The notes beneath the pieces were generated by a model that saw nothing but the letters and a program-made list of their open reading frames with translations, did no database searches and was not told the origin of the DNA. Positions 22,138 to 32,028 of a stretch of DNA of 64,000 bases are shown here, one piece after another (position 1 is the first letter of the stretch; each line of letters starts with the position of its first letter). The stretch lies in NCBI GenBank assembly GCA_018401675.1, contig JAGYKM010000003.1:102161-166160 (forward strand). The letters are read 5' to 3'. This DNA is from Alphaproteobacteria bacterium. GTDB lineage: Bacteria > Pseudomonadota > Alphaproteobacteria > 16-39-46. The position numbers were made by a program, and so were the translations under genes.

Positions 22138-22887
22138 ATGACCACCCCCCCCTTAAGCCTTATTGGGAAAAAAGCCTTCGTCACTGGCGCCACGGGAAGT
22201 ATCGGCGAAGCCATTGCTCGCGCATTTCATGCTGCTGGCGCTTTTGTCGTTCTATCGGGAACCCAAGAAGATCGACTCACCCTCTTGGCAGATGAACTTT
22301 CTGATCGCGTGGCTATTATGCCTGCCAATCTTGCTGACAAGGAAGAAGTTATTAAGGTGATCCCTGCTTGTGAAGCTCAGCATGGACCCATGGATATTTT
22401 GGTCAATAACGCAGGCCTCACCAGAGATAATCTCCTCATTCGTCTTAAAGATGAGGATTTTCAAAAGGTGATGGATGTGAATCTGGCTGCGCCTTTTTAT
22501 CTGTCGCGAGACGCAGTCCGTTCCATGATTAAGGCGCGCTGGGGTCGTATTATTAACATCACCTCGGTGGTAGGTGTTACTGGGAATGCCGGACAAACTA
22601 ACTACGCCGCCTCAAAAGCGGGCCTCATTGGCTTAACCAAGTCTTTAGCTCAAGAAGTGGCCTCTCGCTCCATCACCGTTAATTGTATTGCTCCTGGGTT
22701 TATTGTTTCAAAAATGACCGACGAACTGACCCCGGACCAACAAGCAGCCTTTCTTCAAAATATCCCTGCAAAACGATTTGGTATAGCTCAAGATATCGCT
22801 CATACGGCTTTATTTTTGGCCCACCCCGATAGTTCTTACATCACTGGACAAACCCTCCATGTGAATGGAGGACTTGCCATGGTCTAA
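22138..22887 (+). CDS. fabG: 3-oxoacyl-ACP reductase
   Basis: VTGATGSIG, NNAGLTRD, NYAASKAG and TGQTLHVNGG. Confidence 0.97.
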   Translation: MTTPPLSLIGKKAFVTGATGSIGEAIARAFHAAGAFVVLSGTQEDRLTLLADELSDRVAIMPANLADKEEVIKVIPACEAQHGPMDILVNNAGLTRDNLLIRLKDEDFQKVMDVNLAAPFYLSRDAVRSMIKARWGRIINITSVVGVTGNAGQTNYAASKAGLIGLTKSLAQEVASRSITVNCIAPGFIVSKMTDELTPDQQAAFLQNIPAKRFGIAQDIAHTALFLAHPDSSYITGQTLHVNGGLAMV

Positions 22888-23216
22888 TGGCTTTGAAGTC
22901 TGTAGCCGTCGCCTTTACTCTTTCAATGGGAAAATATGTGCGCCCCTTTCTATGAAAGAACGCAAAAAGAGCACTTTTTCTATGATGCAGTCTCTTTTGA
23001 GGTCACTGACTTAACCCTTTGAATCTTTATGTGTCTCAAGGGTTGTAAACACCTCCTTCTTGACCAGATGTCTATTACCCCTTTACAAACAGGAAGGGAC
23101 CCGGCATAAAAAAGTCAGTTTTATAGAAGAAGGATTTAAGTTTCTAGACGTCTGTGCTATTTAAATCCCTTCTCTTTTCATACGAGAACCTTACGAACCA
23201 ACCAAAGGAAACAATT

Positions 23217-23456
23217 ATGAGTGATATTTCTGAACGCGTTAAAAAAGTGATCATCAAAAATCTAGGCGTTGATGCTGCCAAAGTCACAGACAATGCGAGC
23301 TTTGTGGATGATCTAGGTGCGGACAGCTTAGATACAGTTGAATTGGTCATGGGGTTCGAAGAAGAATTTGGTTGTGAAATTCCTGACGAAGAAGCCACTA
23401 AGATTTTAACAGTTCAAGACGCCATTAACTTTGTCGACAAGCAAGGCGTTTCCTAA
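23217..23456 (+). CDS. acpP: Acyl carrier protein
   Basis: [13 protein letters not shown]. Start reassigned to ATG 23217, after an AAGGA ribosome-binding site. Confidence 0.97.
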   Translation: MSDISERVKKVIIKNLGVDAAKVTDNASFVDDLGADSLDTVELVMGFEEEFGCEIPDEEATKILTVQDAINFVDKQGVS

Positions 23457-23523
23457 GATCTCGTATATTATTCCTAGAAGCTTCTTATTTTCTGGCTCAA
23501 ATTCCTTTTTAAGAGGAGGCTAA

Positions 23524-24798
23524 GTGGATATGCGTCGTGTTGTCATTACAGGTATGGGGCTTGTAACACCACTAGGCACTGGGGTGCCCTATGTGTGGAA
23601 TCGGCTTTTGCGAGGTGAGTCAGGTATCACCGCCATTCACAAGTTTCCAGTAGACGATTTTCCGGCCAAAATAGGCGGATCTGTGCCTCGAGGCACTGGT
23701 CAAGGGGAGTTTGACGAAAATCTCCACGTGCCAGTTAAAGATCAGCGCAAAATGGGCGATTTTATTAAATTCGCCTTGGCTGCAGCTGCCGAAGCATTAG
23801 ATCAGGCCAATTGGCATCCCGAAACCGCTGAAGAGCAAGAACGCAGCGGTGTGCACATTGGTGCAGGCATCGGAGGCCTCTTAGAGATTTCTACTAATGC
23901 GGTCACTCTAGATCAACAAGGACACCGCCGGGTAAGCCCTTTCTTTATTGTTTCTTCTCTTATTAACCTCGCCTCTGGGCAAGTGGCTATCCGTCACGGC
24001 CTCAAGGGACCTAATCAAGCGGCTGTGACCGCTTGTGCTTCAGGCAGCCATTCAATAGGGGATGCCGCGCGGCTTATTGCCTATGGTGACGCCGACGTCA
24101 TGGTCGCTGGGGGTGCAGAAAGTGCCCTTTGTCCTTTAGGCATTGCGGGATTTGCCGCCTCTCGAGCTCTCTCAACCCATTTTAATGATAGGCCAGAACA
24201 AGCATCTCGCCCCTGGGACATAGATCGTGACGGCTTCGTCATGGGAGAAGGGGCTGGTATTCTTGTATTAGAAGAATTAGAGCACGCAAAAAAACGAGGC
24301 GTCCCTATTCTAGGAGAAATTTTGGGCTATGGCCTTTCCGGAGATGCCCATCATATGACTGCGCCTCCAGAAGATGGAAACGGAGCCTACCGTGCCATGG
24401 TTTCAGCCTTGAAAAATGCCCATATTACCGCAGATCAGATTGGATACATTAACGCTCATGGCACATCTACGCCTTTGGGCGATGCGGCTGAGCTTCATGC
24501 CATGCGTCGTCTTTTAGGCGGCCATGTATCTAACACTTCTATGTCTTCCACTAAATCCTCTATTGGTCATCTTTTAGGGGCTGCTGGTGGGGTAGAGGCG
24601 GTTTTCACAGCTATGGCGTTACGTGATGGTGTATTGCCTCCCACCCTTAATCTGGACACGCCGTGTTTGGAAGCCGAAGGCATTGATCTTGTTCCTAAGG
24701 TGGCCAAGGAGAAATCTATTGATTTTGCCATTACCAACTCTTTTGGCTTTGGTGGCACCAACGCTTCATTGGTCATGGGACGTTTCAAAGGGGAATGA
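23524..24798 (+). CDS. fabF: Beta-ketoacyl-ACP synthase II
   Basis: RRVVITGMG, TACASG, NAHGTST and NSFGFGGTN. Confidence 0.97.
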   Translation: MDMRRVVITGMGLVTPLGTGVPYVWNRLLRGESGITAIHKFPVDDFPAKIGGSVPRGTGQGEFDENLHVPVKDQRKMGDFIKFALAAAAEALDQANWHPETAEEQERSGVHIGAGIGGLLEISTNAVTLDQQGHRRVSPFFIVSSLINLASGQVAIRHGLKGPNQAAVTACASGSHSIGDAARLIAYGDADVMVAGGAESALCPLGIAGFAASRALSTHFNDRPEQASRPWDIDRDGFVMGEGAGILVLEELEHAKKRGVPILGEILGYGLSGDAHHMTAPPEDGNGAYRAMVSALKNAHITADQIGYINAHGTSTPLGDAAELHAMRRLLGGHVSNTSMSSTKSSIGHLLGAAGGVEAVFTAMALRDGVLPPTLNLDTPCLEAEGIDLVPKVAKEKSIDFAITNSFGFGGTNASLVMGRFKGE

Positions 24799-24852
24799 CG
24801 GACGACGCCTTTGCTGACGCCTTTGCTTATGAATAAGTCCACCGTCTGAGAG

Positions 24853-25863
24853 ATGGATATCACCCAAGAGGAAAGTAAGCTGATGCTTTCAAGCCGCCGG
24901 ATGCCTTATGGACTTGTGGGTATTTTCTTTGGATTGGTGGTTATTTTGCTCAGCTTGTTCTTTTCTTTTGAAAAGATAACAACACCAGGCCCGTTAAACG
25001 ATCCTCATATTACTATCATCAGCTCCGGCCAATCTACGTCTCTCATCGCCCATACCCTTTATGAGGAAGGTATTATTGATAGCCCTTATCTCTTTACTCT
25101 TTTGGTCCGAGTATCTCAAAAAAAGATTAAGGCAGGAGAGTATAAATTTTTACCTCACATGTCTTTGGGCCAAGTCGTATCTTTAGTCAATGAAGGCAGG
25201 CTTGTTACCCACAAGCTGACGATTCCAGAAGGCCTTACGTCAACCGAAATTGTCCAACTTCTGCGCAATAATCCCCTTCTAGATGGCCTCATTCCAGACA
25301 CCCCCCCTGAAGGCTCTTTGTTTCCAACAACTTTTCGTATTCATCGCGGCCAAGATCGCCAGTCTCTGTTAAACCGCATGGCCCTGCTTATGGAACGCGC
25401 TCGTTATGCCTTAGACTCTCAAAGTCTCGAAGGAAGTCTTTCCTCACAAGAACGCCTCATCCTCGCTTCCATAATAGAGAAAGAAACATACCATGCCCAT
25501 GAACGCGCTCATATTAGTGGGGTGTTCCATAACCGGTTAAAACGAAAGATGCCTCTCCAAGCCGATCCATGCGTCAGCTATGCCCTTACCCAAGGCACAT
25601 CTTCTTTGAAACGCCCTCTCACCCGCAAAGATTTATCTATTGACTCGCCTTACAACACATATCTTAACCAAGGTTTGCCCCCCACGCCTATCTGCAATCC
25701 AGGGGCGAAAGCCCTTGAGGCAGCCTACTGCCCCATTCAAACACAAAGTTTGTATTTTGTAGTTGGAGAAGATGGCACCCACCAATTCTCTAAAGACTAT
25801 GCTTCTCATGCCCGCCATCATCAAAAGCTTCGATCCCATCGAAAAAAGACCCTTAAGAGTTAA
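24853..25863 (+). CDS. mltG: Endolytic transglycosylase MltG
   Basis: LTIPEG, LASIIEKET, MPLQADP and SPYNTY...GLPPTPICNPG. Confidence 0.95.
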   Translation: MDITQEESKLMLSSRRMPYGLVGIFFGLVVILLSLFFSFEKITTPGPLNDPHITIISSGQSTSLIAHTLYEEGIIDSPYLFTLLVRVSQKKIKAGEYKFLPHMSLGQVVSLVNEGRLVTHKLTIPEGLTSTEIVQLLRNNPLLDGLIPDTPPEGSLFPTTFRIHRGQDRQSLLNRMALLMERARYALDSQSLEGSLSSQERLILASIIEKETYHAHERAHISGVFHNRLKRKMPLQADPCVSYALTQGTSSLKRPLTRKDLSIDSPYNTYLNQGLPPTPICNPGAKALEAAYCPIQTQSLYFVVGEDGTHQFSKDYASHARHHQKLRSHRKKTLKS

Positions 25864-26204
25864 GGACTCGAGTCATATTTCGTAAATTAGCATAGTTATT
25901 ATTTTCTAGAATACGAAAGTTTCTATCAAAATCCGCACCTGCCTCGAAAGTAAATTTTTTATTCTCCGGAAAGAATGACATCTCTTTGCAAAATGACGGC
26001 TTATGCCTTATGCATAAGCACAGTAATATTTATAAATTGTAGAGATACCCTTCCGTTGCTCCTACATAAAAGTTATGCTAGTCTGCACGGATCCATAGGG
26101 CGTCGGGGGAGGCCCTAACCTACACCTTACTTACCTCCATATTTTTTACTTCTTGTAACGCTTTTTTCTTGTTTGACCTTATCTATATACCTGTGAGATT
26201 TATC

Positions 26205-26846
26205 GTGCCCAAGTCTTTTACCACACCTCATCATGGCATTATGCTCGTTCTTTCTTCTCCTTCGGGAGCAGGAAAAAGCTCTATTGCTAAGGCCCTCCTA
26301 GAGGGTGATTCCAATCTACGGCCGTCGGTATCTTACACCACGCGCCCTAAGCGACCTGCCGAACGAGATGGGGTTGATTATACTTTTGTGTCTCCTGATG
26401 CTTTTTCAGAGATGATTGCTGCTGGAGCTTTCTTAGAATTCGCCAAAGTATTTGATCACTATTACGGAACTCCCAAAGCCCCTATTGAAGCCTTACTTGC
26501 TCAAGGCCATGACATTCTATTTGATATTGATTGGCAAGGCACTCAGCAAATCGCTCAGCACAGTCGGGGAGATTTGATTACCATCTTTATTCTGCCGCCC
26601 AGCACTCAAGAGCTCGAAAGACGCCTTAAAACCAGAGCTCAAGATCATGAAAAAGTCGTTTTTAGTCGTATGGAAAAAGCCTCTGATGAGATGAGTCATT
26701 GGGCTGAATATGAATATGTGATTATTAATGAGACCCTTTCTGAGAGCATTCATACTGTGCGGGCCATTATTAGAGCTGAACAGCATAAACGAGCCCGTCA
26801 AATGGGACTATCATCTTTCGTGACAGCCTTAAGAACAGGCCAGTAG
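26205..26846 (+). CDS. gmk: Guanylate kinase (start uncertain, 26169-26220)
   Basis: SSPSGAGKS, SYTTRPKR, YYGTP and DIDWQG. Confidence 0.96.
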   Translation: MPKSFTTPHHGIMLVLSSPSGAGKSSIAKALLEGDSNLRPSVSYTTRPKRPAERDGVDYTFVSPDAFSEMIAAGAFLEFAKVFDHYYGTPKAPIEALLAQGHDILFDIDWQGTQQIAQHSRGDLITIFILPPSTQELERRLKTRAQDHEKVVFSRMEKASDEMSHWAEYEYVIINETLSESIHTVRAIIRAEQHKRARQMGLSSFVTALRTGQ

Positions 26847-26943
26847 ACGACCTTCACATTGCCACTCCTCACTCTTTTATGATATCACTAAGAAACAAGT
26901 TGATATCTTCTCGTTTTTCCCATCACGTCAAAAAGGACTAAAA

Positions 26944-27501
26944 ATGACCAAAAAACAAACCCCAGCTTCTGAAATGTCCCTCGATGAGCAAATTTCCACT
27001 CTTTTATCGGCCCCTCTTCAAATTCAGGCCCAGTACATTAAAGATCTCTCTTTTGAAAACCCTCATTTCATTAAGATAATGAATGAAGGCATGACCAATG
27101 ATCCTAAGCTCAACGTCAATATCGAAGTCCAAGCTCAAGGCATTGGCAATGATCATTATGAAGTTATTTTGAATACCCAAGTTCGCGCTATCTCCCGAAG
27201 CACTTCAGACAAAGATGAGAAAACTGACTCTTCTAAAGATGACAAGTCATCTCCGGAAGTTGATTCTCATCTCTTTTTGGTAGAACTTTCCTACGGTGGA
27301 GTTTTTTCAATACCCACAGTACCACCCGAGGTTTTGAAACCCCTTCTTCTTATTGAATGCCCCCGCTTACTCTTTCCTTTCGTGCGCAGCGTCATCGCTG
27401 AAGTCACAAAAGAAAGCGGGCTTCCTCCCGTGCTTCTGGCTCCTGTTAATTTTATTGATTTATACAAACAAAGTAACGCTGCCACATCAGCGTCTCACTA
27501 A
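26944..27501 (+). CDS. secB: Protein-export chaperone SecB
   Basis: QYIKDLSFENP and ECPRLLFPFVR. Confidence 0.95.
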   Translation: MTKKQTPASEMSLDEQISTLLSAPLQIQAQYIKDLSFENPHFIKIMNEGMTNDPKLNVNIEVQAQGIGNDHYEVILNTQVRAISRSTSDKDEKTDSSKDDKSSPEVDSHLFLVELSYGGVFSIPTVPPEVLKPLLLIECPRLLFPFVRSVIAEVTKESGLPPVLLAPVNFIDLYKQSNAATSASH

Positions 27502-27507
27502 GCCCTC

Positions 27508-27544
27508 TAAGAAGCCAGAAGTTTGATCAACTTCTGGCTTCTTA
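27508..27544. terminator. Probable bidirectional terminator
   Basis: Perfect 16-bp stem TAAGAAGCCAGAAGTT / AACTTCTGGCTTCTTA with a 5-nt loop, between convergent genes. Confidence 0.75.
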
Positions 27545-28834
27545 ACCCCTTATAACACCGTTTCTTTTTCTCCGAACCCCTTGGCTAAATCTCCAACACA
27601 GATACGCAAAGGGATGGGAGAATGCCAAACACGCCACACAAAAATAAACATAGCGACTGGTAGAAGCCAAAGAAAACACAAACAAGAAACTTGCGTAAAC
27701 AACGGCCATACCATTAAGATATAATAAGGGCCCCGCAGCCCAGAATTGTCGGGATCTATAGGCGAGAACTATATAAAAAAGAGATAACGGAAGCCCCAAA
27801 AGATAGCTAAAAAGAATACCTAGATTGGCGGGCCACGTGGGTAAGTTGTGGGCTTTTAAAAACCGACGCAGAGGATATTTTACATCGGTGCCAGAAAGGG
27901 TTTTATAAAGAACACGGGTCCGGTGCTTTAGGTAGGAGCCTGGATAGCACCCTACTCTGTTCCACCATGATGCTTTTAGCTGCTGGCGCTCTTCATCTGT
28001 TTGGGCAAACCGCAGCGGAGAATCGGGTTCGTCAATGAGAGGTTCCCACAAATGGGAATATTTATTCTGGATGTTTTCCAACGTAACAGTGGGTTCTTTA
28101 AATAAGAAAGGGGGAACCACATTTTTTCCTGCGTTTACTGAAATCCCCGCAAGGTCGTAAATTTTAACACTTTGCCATTTGTGTAGCTCTTTTTCGGAAG
28201 GAATTAGAAGTTGGTGGATTCCTTCTATGGCGCCTAAAATAGAAAAAGTAATCAAGACCGCTATCCCTACTTTGGCCCATAGAGTCTTTAGGTTGATCAA
28301 GGAACACATCCATAGGAGAGGAAAGAACAAAACAAACTGAGCTTGGTATTTGATGGAAGTGGCCCATAGCAAAAGCATACATAGCCCTATAAATGGCATA
28401 ACTCCTAATGACTTTCGTTTTTGGAGTAAATATGTCAAATACCCCCCTACCAAAAGGTAGATAAAAACAAAATAGAGATCTTTCCAAATATAACCCATAC
28501 TCACCCATAAGGACGGCCAGAATAAAACCCCTACAAACCACCAAAACCATTTTGAGCGCAAAAATGACTGAGCAAAAAAATATACAGCTGCCCAATATAT
28601 GCTCATTTGAAGAATCAGCATGCCCCCAGATCCTTTAATAACTTGATCTGATAGCCACCACACCATTTGCAAAAGAGGCCCTAGTCCGCGTTGATAGGAT
28701 AAGGTAAGAGCTGTTTGATAGGTGGAGATAGAATCATCACTCATACTCCCAGGCCAAAGGCAAGCCAAGCTCAGCCCGCAACACAATAAGAAGAATAAAC
28801 CGGAATGATGACGAATCAAGGGGGAGATTTTCAT
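27542..28834 (-). CDS. Multi-pass membrane protein, possibly a GT-C-type glycosyltransferase
   Basis: Many TM segments, WPGSMSDDS after TM1, YIWKD, PGSYLKHR and a C-terminal SRY. Confidence 0.5.
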   Translation of the reverse strand: MKISPLIRHHSGLFFLLCCGLSLACLWPGSMSDDSISTYQTALTLSYQRGLGPLLQMVWWLSDQVIKGSGGMLILQMSIYWAAVYFFAQSFLRSKWFWWFVGVLFWPSLWVSMGYIWKDLYFVFIYLLVGGYLTYLLQKRKSLGVMPFIGLCMLLLWATSIKYQAQFVLFFPLLWMCSLINLKTLWAKVGIAVLITFSILGAIEGIHQLLIPSEKELHKWQSVKIYDLAGISVNAGKNVVPPFLFKEPTVTLENIQNKYSHLWEPLIDEPDSPLRFAQTDEERQQLKASWWNRVGCYPGSYLKHRTRVLYKTLSGTDVKYPLRRFLKAHNLPTWPANLGILFSYLLGLPLSLFYIVLAYRSRQFWAAGPLLYLNGMAVVYASFLFVFSLASTSRYVYFCVACLAFSHPFAYLCWRFSQGVRRKRNGVIRG

Positions 28835-28925
28835 AAGGTTTTTCCTTTATTGGTTTGCTACATAGTCCAGACGCGCTCTTTTTGGAAACTTACCAGGTAG
28901 CTTCAAAAAAAGTTCTCTTCTTTTT

Positions 28926-29879
28926 CTAGGAAAGGAGGTCTATCTTTAGCCACGCTGGCTGGTGCAAAGAAACTTTTCCCATACTCTTAGGGGCTTTTGA
29001 AGAGAAAGATCCTTGAGATTCGAGATCCTCTTGGGGCTTTGCATATAAATCAAAAGTCTCCTTACAAAACGCTGAGGGTAAATCTTCTAACCGCACCAAA
29101 AATAAGGCTAGGTTTTCACAAATGGATAGGGCGCGGCCCACCACTTTATCTTTCCAATAAAGAAGATCGCCTTCTTGCGGACTTTCCCCCCCATTACAGG
29201 TTAGACTCCCAGGCAAAAGACGCTTTCGAACCACGCCACGATACTTGGTGCGAGCCGTGAGCTCTTGCCCCAAGTAACAGCCTTTTTCCCAATCTATAGC
29301 CCCTAGTTCCATCATGCCGCATTCTAAGGGAATGGATTTATCTTGACTCAACCCCCACCCACTTTCTGGTATTCCTTGCTCTAGGAGGTATTTTCTATAC
29401 TCTTTCTGGGAACCTCTTGGATGCCCGACCATCTCCTCTTTTGCCCCTGAATCGGCATCTGTATAGAAACGCCAGCTCAAGCCTGACAGGCGAGGATCAG
29501 AAAAATGAGCCACAGCCGGCAGCTTGGCAAAAGGACTTCCATCCACCAAGATAGCGCCCGCGGTAGCGTATACTTTTATGCCTTCGTGGATCTTCCAGAT
29601 TACGTTAGATCGCAATTGATAACGTTTTAAAAAAGCCATCAACGCGTCTCCATCTTCTTGAGCGCAATCTATAAAGATTTCCTCTAGGTTATGACTGTCT
29701 TGAAAAAGAAAAAAATCGTATAAAAATTTTCCTTGAGGTGTTAGAAGAAGAGAGTAAAGAGGCGCAGATGGAGAAACTTTTTGAAGATCTTGGGTAAAAA
29801 GACCTTGAAGAAATAGACGTGCATCATCGCCAGTTACGGAAAAGACCAAACGCTTTAAGGGACAAATACTAAAAGGCAT
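28926..29879 (-). CDS. ygfZ: Folate-binding Fe-S cluster repair protein YgfZ
   Basis: FLQGLFTQD, LTPQGKFLYDF and KGCYLGQELTAR. Confidence 0.95.
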   Translation of the reverse strand: MPFSICPLKRLVFSVTGDDARLFLQGLFTQDLQKVSPSAPLYSLLLTPQGKFLYDFFLFQDSHNLEEIFIDCAQEDGDALMAFLKRYQLRSNVIWKIHEGIKVYATAGAILVDGSPFAKLPAVAHFSDPRLSGLSWRFYTDADSGAKEEMVGHPRGSQKEYRKYLLEQGIPESGWGLSQDKSIPLECGMMELGAIDWEKGCYLGQELTARTKYRGVVRKRLLPGSLTCNGGESPQEGDLLYWKDKVVGRALSICENLALFLVRLEDLPSAFCKETFDLYAKPQEDLESQGSFSSKAPKSMGKVSLHQPAWLKIDLLS

Positions 29880-29954
29880 TACTCACTTTTTCTCCTGGTT
29901 TATTTTGGATCAGGTTATCTTTAGAAACTCTTTAGTTAGGATTTTTTCACGCTC

Positions 29955-30913
29955 ATGAACATCCTATTTATTACTTCCAATCGCATTGGGGACGCAATTT
30001 TGTCCACAGGGGTTTTGGAAAAACCTTAGAACTATACCCTCATGCCCATCTTAGTGTGGCTTCAGGCCCTTTAGCTTTACCTCTTTTTACCCACATACCC
30101 CAATTAAAAAATTTATGGTCTTTCCCCAAAGAACCCTATGGCCGCCATTGGTGGAGATTATGGAAAAAATGCCTCCCTTTCAAGTGGGATTTAATTATTG
30201 ATATTCGAGGCTCTTTAATGACGTCGTTTTTACGAACTCAAAAAAGCGTTGTCTGGCGTTCTCGTAATGCGCCTATCCACAAAGTGGAGTCTCTTAGTGC
30301 CTTGCTAGGGTATACCCATCCTCCTTCTCCTTATATTCGTATTTCCCCTCAAGAAGAAGATCTCGCTCAAAAAACCCTACCTTCTTCGGTCCCTATAGTG
30401 GCTTTTGGGTTAGGGGCCAATTGGACCGGTAAGATATGGCCCGTAGAAAGATTCGCCGAGCTGGCCACGCACATAGCCTCAGACCAGGGCATTTCTCCGA
30501 AGGCTCATTTTCTCCTTTTAGGGAGTCCTGCGGAAAAGTCTCTGGGGACTCTTTTCAAGAACCATCTCCCCTCTCATTTTTCTCCCCGAATTATTGACAA
30601 AATTGGGGACCTATCTTTACTTGAAACATCAGCGTTCTTACGCAAATCAAAAGTTTTTATCGGCAATGACTCCGGCCTCATGCATCTAGCTGCAGCTTCT
30701 TCAACCCCAACTTTGGGGTTATTTGGACCCAGCAATGATATTCATTATCATCCATGGGGACCCCATACCCATTATGTTAGAACCGATGTGCCCTACGAAA
30801 CTTTGTGGCCCCAACGTCTTCATTTAAAATCTAATGAAACCCTTATGGAATCCCTAAGTACCCAAAAGGTAACCAAGGCCCTGGAAACTCTTTTGCAAAA
30901 GGACTCTTTATAA
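29955..30913 (+). CDS. Glycosyltransferase family 9 (heptosyltransferase-like); 5' frameshift near 30020
   Basis: MNILFITSNRIGDAILSTG from ATG 29955, then KIWPVERF and FIGNDSGLMHLAAA...GLFGPS. Confidence 0.88.
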
Positions 30914-31965
30914 TGCGTCTTCTTCAAGCCATAAAAGGAAAAGATCACGGAGGCGCAGAAGGTTTTTTTGACCGTTTGGCTCAAGCGCTAATGCCCATTT
31001 TACCCCAAAAACTCTTGGTCCCTTTTTCAAAAATGCCTTTGGATGACCGTTTAAAGGCCCTCATCCAAAGGGTTCCTTTCGGGAGCCCTCTCGATTTGAG
31101 ATCACGACTCGATTTTTTTCAAGCCATAGCCACGTGGAAGCCCGATTTGGTCCTCACTTGGATGAACCGCGCCACCCGATTCTGTCCTGGGCCTTTACTA
31201 AGACGTGGGTTACCTCCTTTTTCCCATGTGGCCCGGTTGGGGGGGTTTTATGATCTCAAGTATTACCAGAAGTGTGATGCCCTTATTGGCAATACCCGAG
31301 GTATCGTGTCTTATCTCGTTGATCAAGGGTGGCCTAAAGACCGGGCTTTTTATGTGCCCAATTTTGTCTCCCTTCCTGCCCAGGTTTCGCCATTCTCTCG
31401 TGACTCTCTTCACGTTCCCCCCGAAGCCTGTTTATTGGTGGCTGCCGGACGTTTGCATGTCAATAAAGCGTTTGATACTTTGCTCAAGGCTGTCAGTTTG
31501 CTCCCCCATACCCATTTATGGCTATTGGGAGAAGGGCCAGAACTTAGCGCCTTACAAACCCTCTCAAAAGAGCTGGGGATAGCCTCACGGGTCCAGTTTT
31601 TAGGATGGCACCCCCATCCTACAGCTTATTATAATGCAGCAGATATATTTATTTGCCCTTCCCGTCACGAGCCCTTAGGCAATGTTCTTCTAGATGCATG
31701 GGCTCATGGACGACCCTTGGTAGCTGCCGCTTCCCAAGGCCCTACTGAATTCATTCAAGACGGCGTTACAGGGTGTCTCTCACCCATTGACGACGCACCG
31801 GCTATGGCCCAGACCATTGATCGTGTATGGACCCGACCTGACTTGCGTCACCAGTTAGTTCAAGAAGGAACAAAATTTCTCAAAGCCACTTTTTCCAAAG
31901 AAGCTGTGGTCGCTCAATACCTAGATACTTTTGCCCATATCAAAACGCTTCCTCCTAAAACTTAA
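30913..31965 (+). CDS. Glycosyltransferase family 4
   Basis: HGGAE, AGRLHVNKAFD and PSRHEPLGNVLLDAW. Confidence 0.9.
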   Translation: MRLLQAIKGKDHGGAEGFFDRLAQALMPILPQKLLVPFSKMPLDDRLKALIQRVPFGSPLDLRSRLDFFQAIATWKPDLVLTWMNRATRFCPGPLLRRGLPPFSHVARLGGFYDLKYYQKCDALIGNTRGIVSYLVDQGWPKDRAFYVPNFVSLPAQVSPFSRDSLHVPPEACLLVAAGRLHVNKAFDTLLKAVSLLPHTHLWLLGEGPELSALQTLSKELGIASRVQFLGWHPHPTAYYNAADIFICPSRHEPLGNVLLDAWAHGRPLVAAASQGPTEFIQDGVTGCLSPIDDAPAMAQTIDRVWTRPDLRHQLVQEGTKFLKATFSKEAVVAQYLDTFAHIKTLPPKT

Positions 31966-32028
31966 CCTTTCCTTGGGTAATTTTTTTTCACTATCGTTTA
32001 ACTGTTTTAAAATGAGAGGTTCCACCAA

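Noticed and set aside
24804-24827. 12-bp tandem repeat GACGCCTTTGCT between fabF and mltG
   Set aside because: Only two copies; most likely a slippage duplication with no evidence of function.
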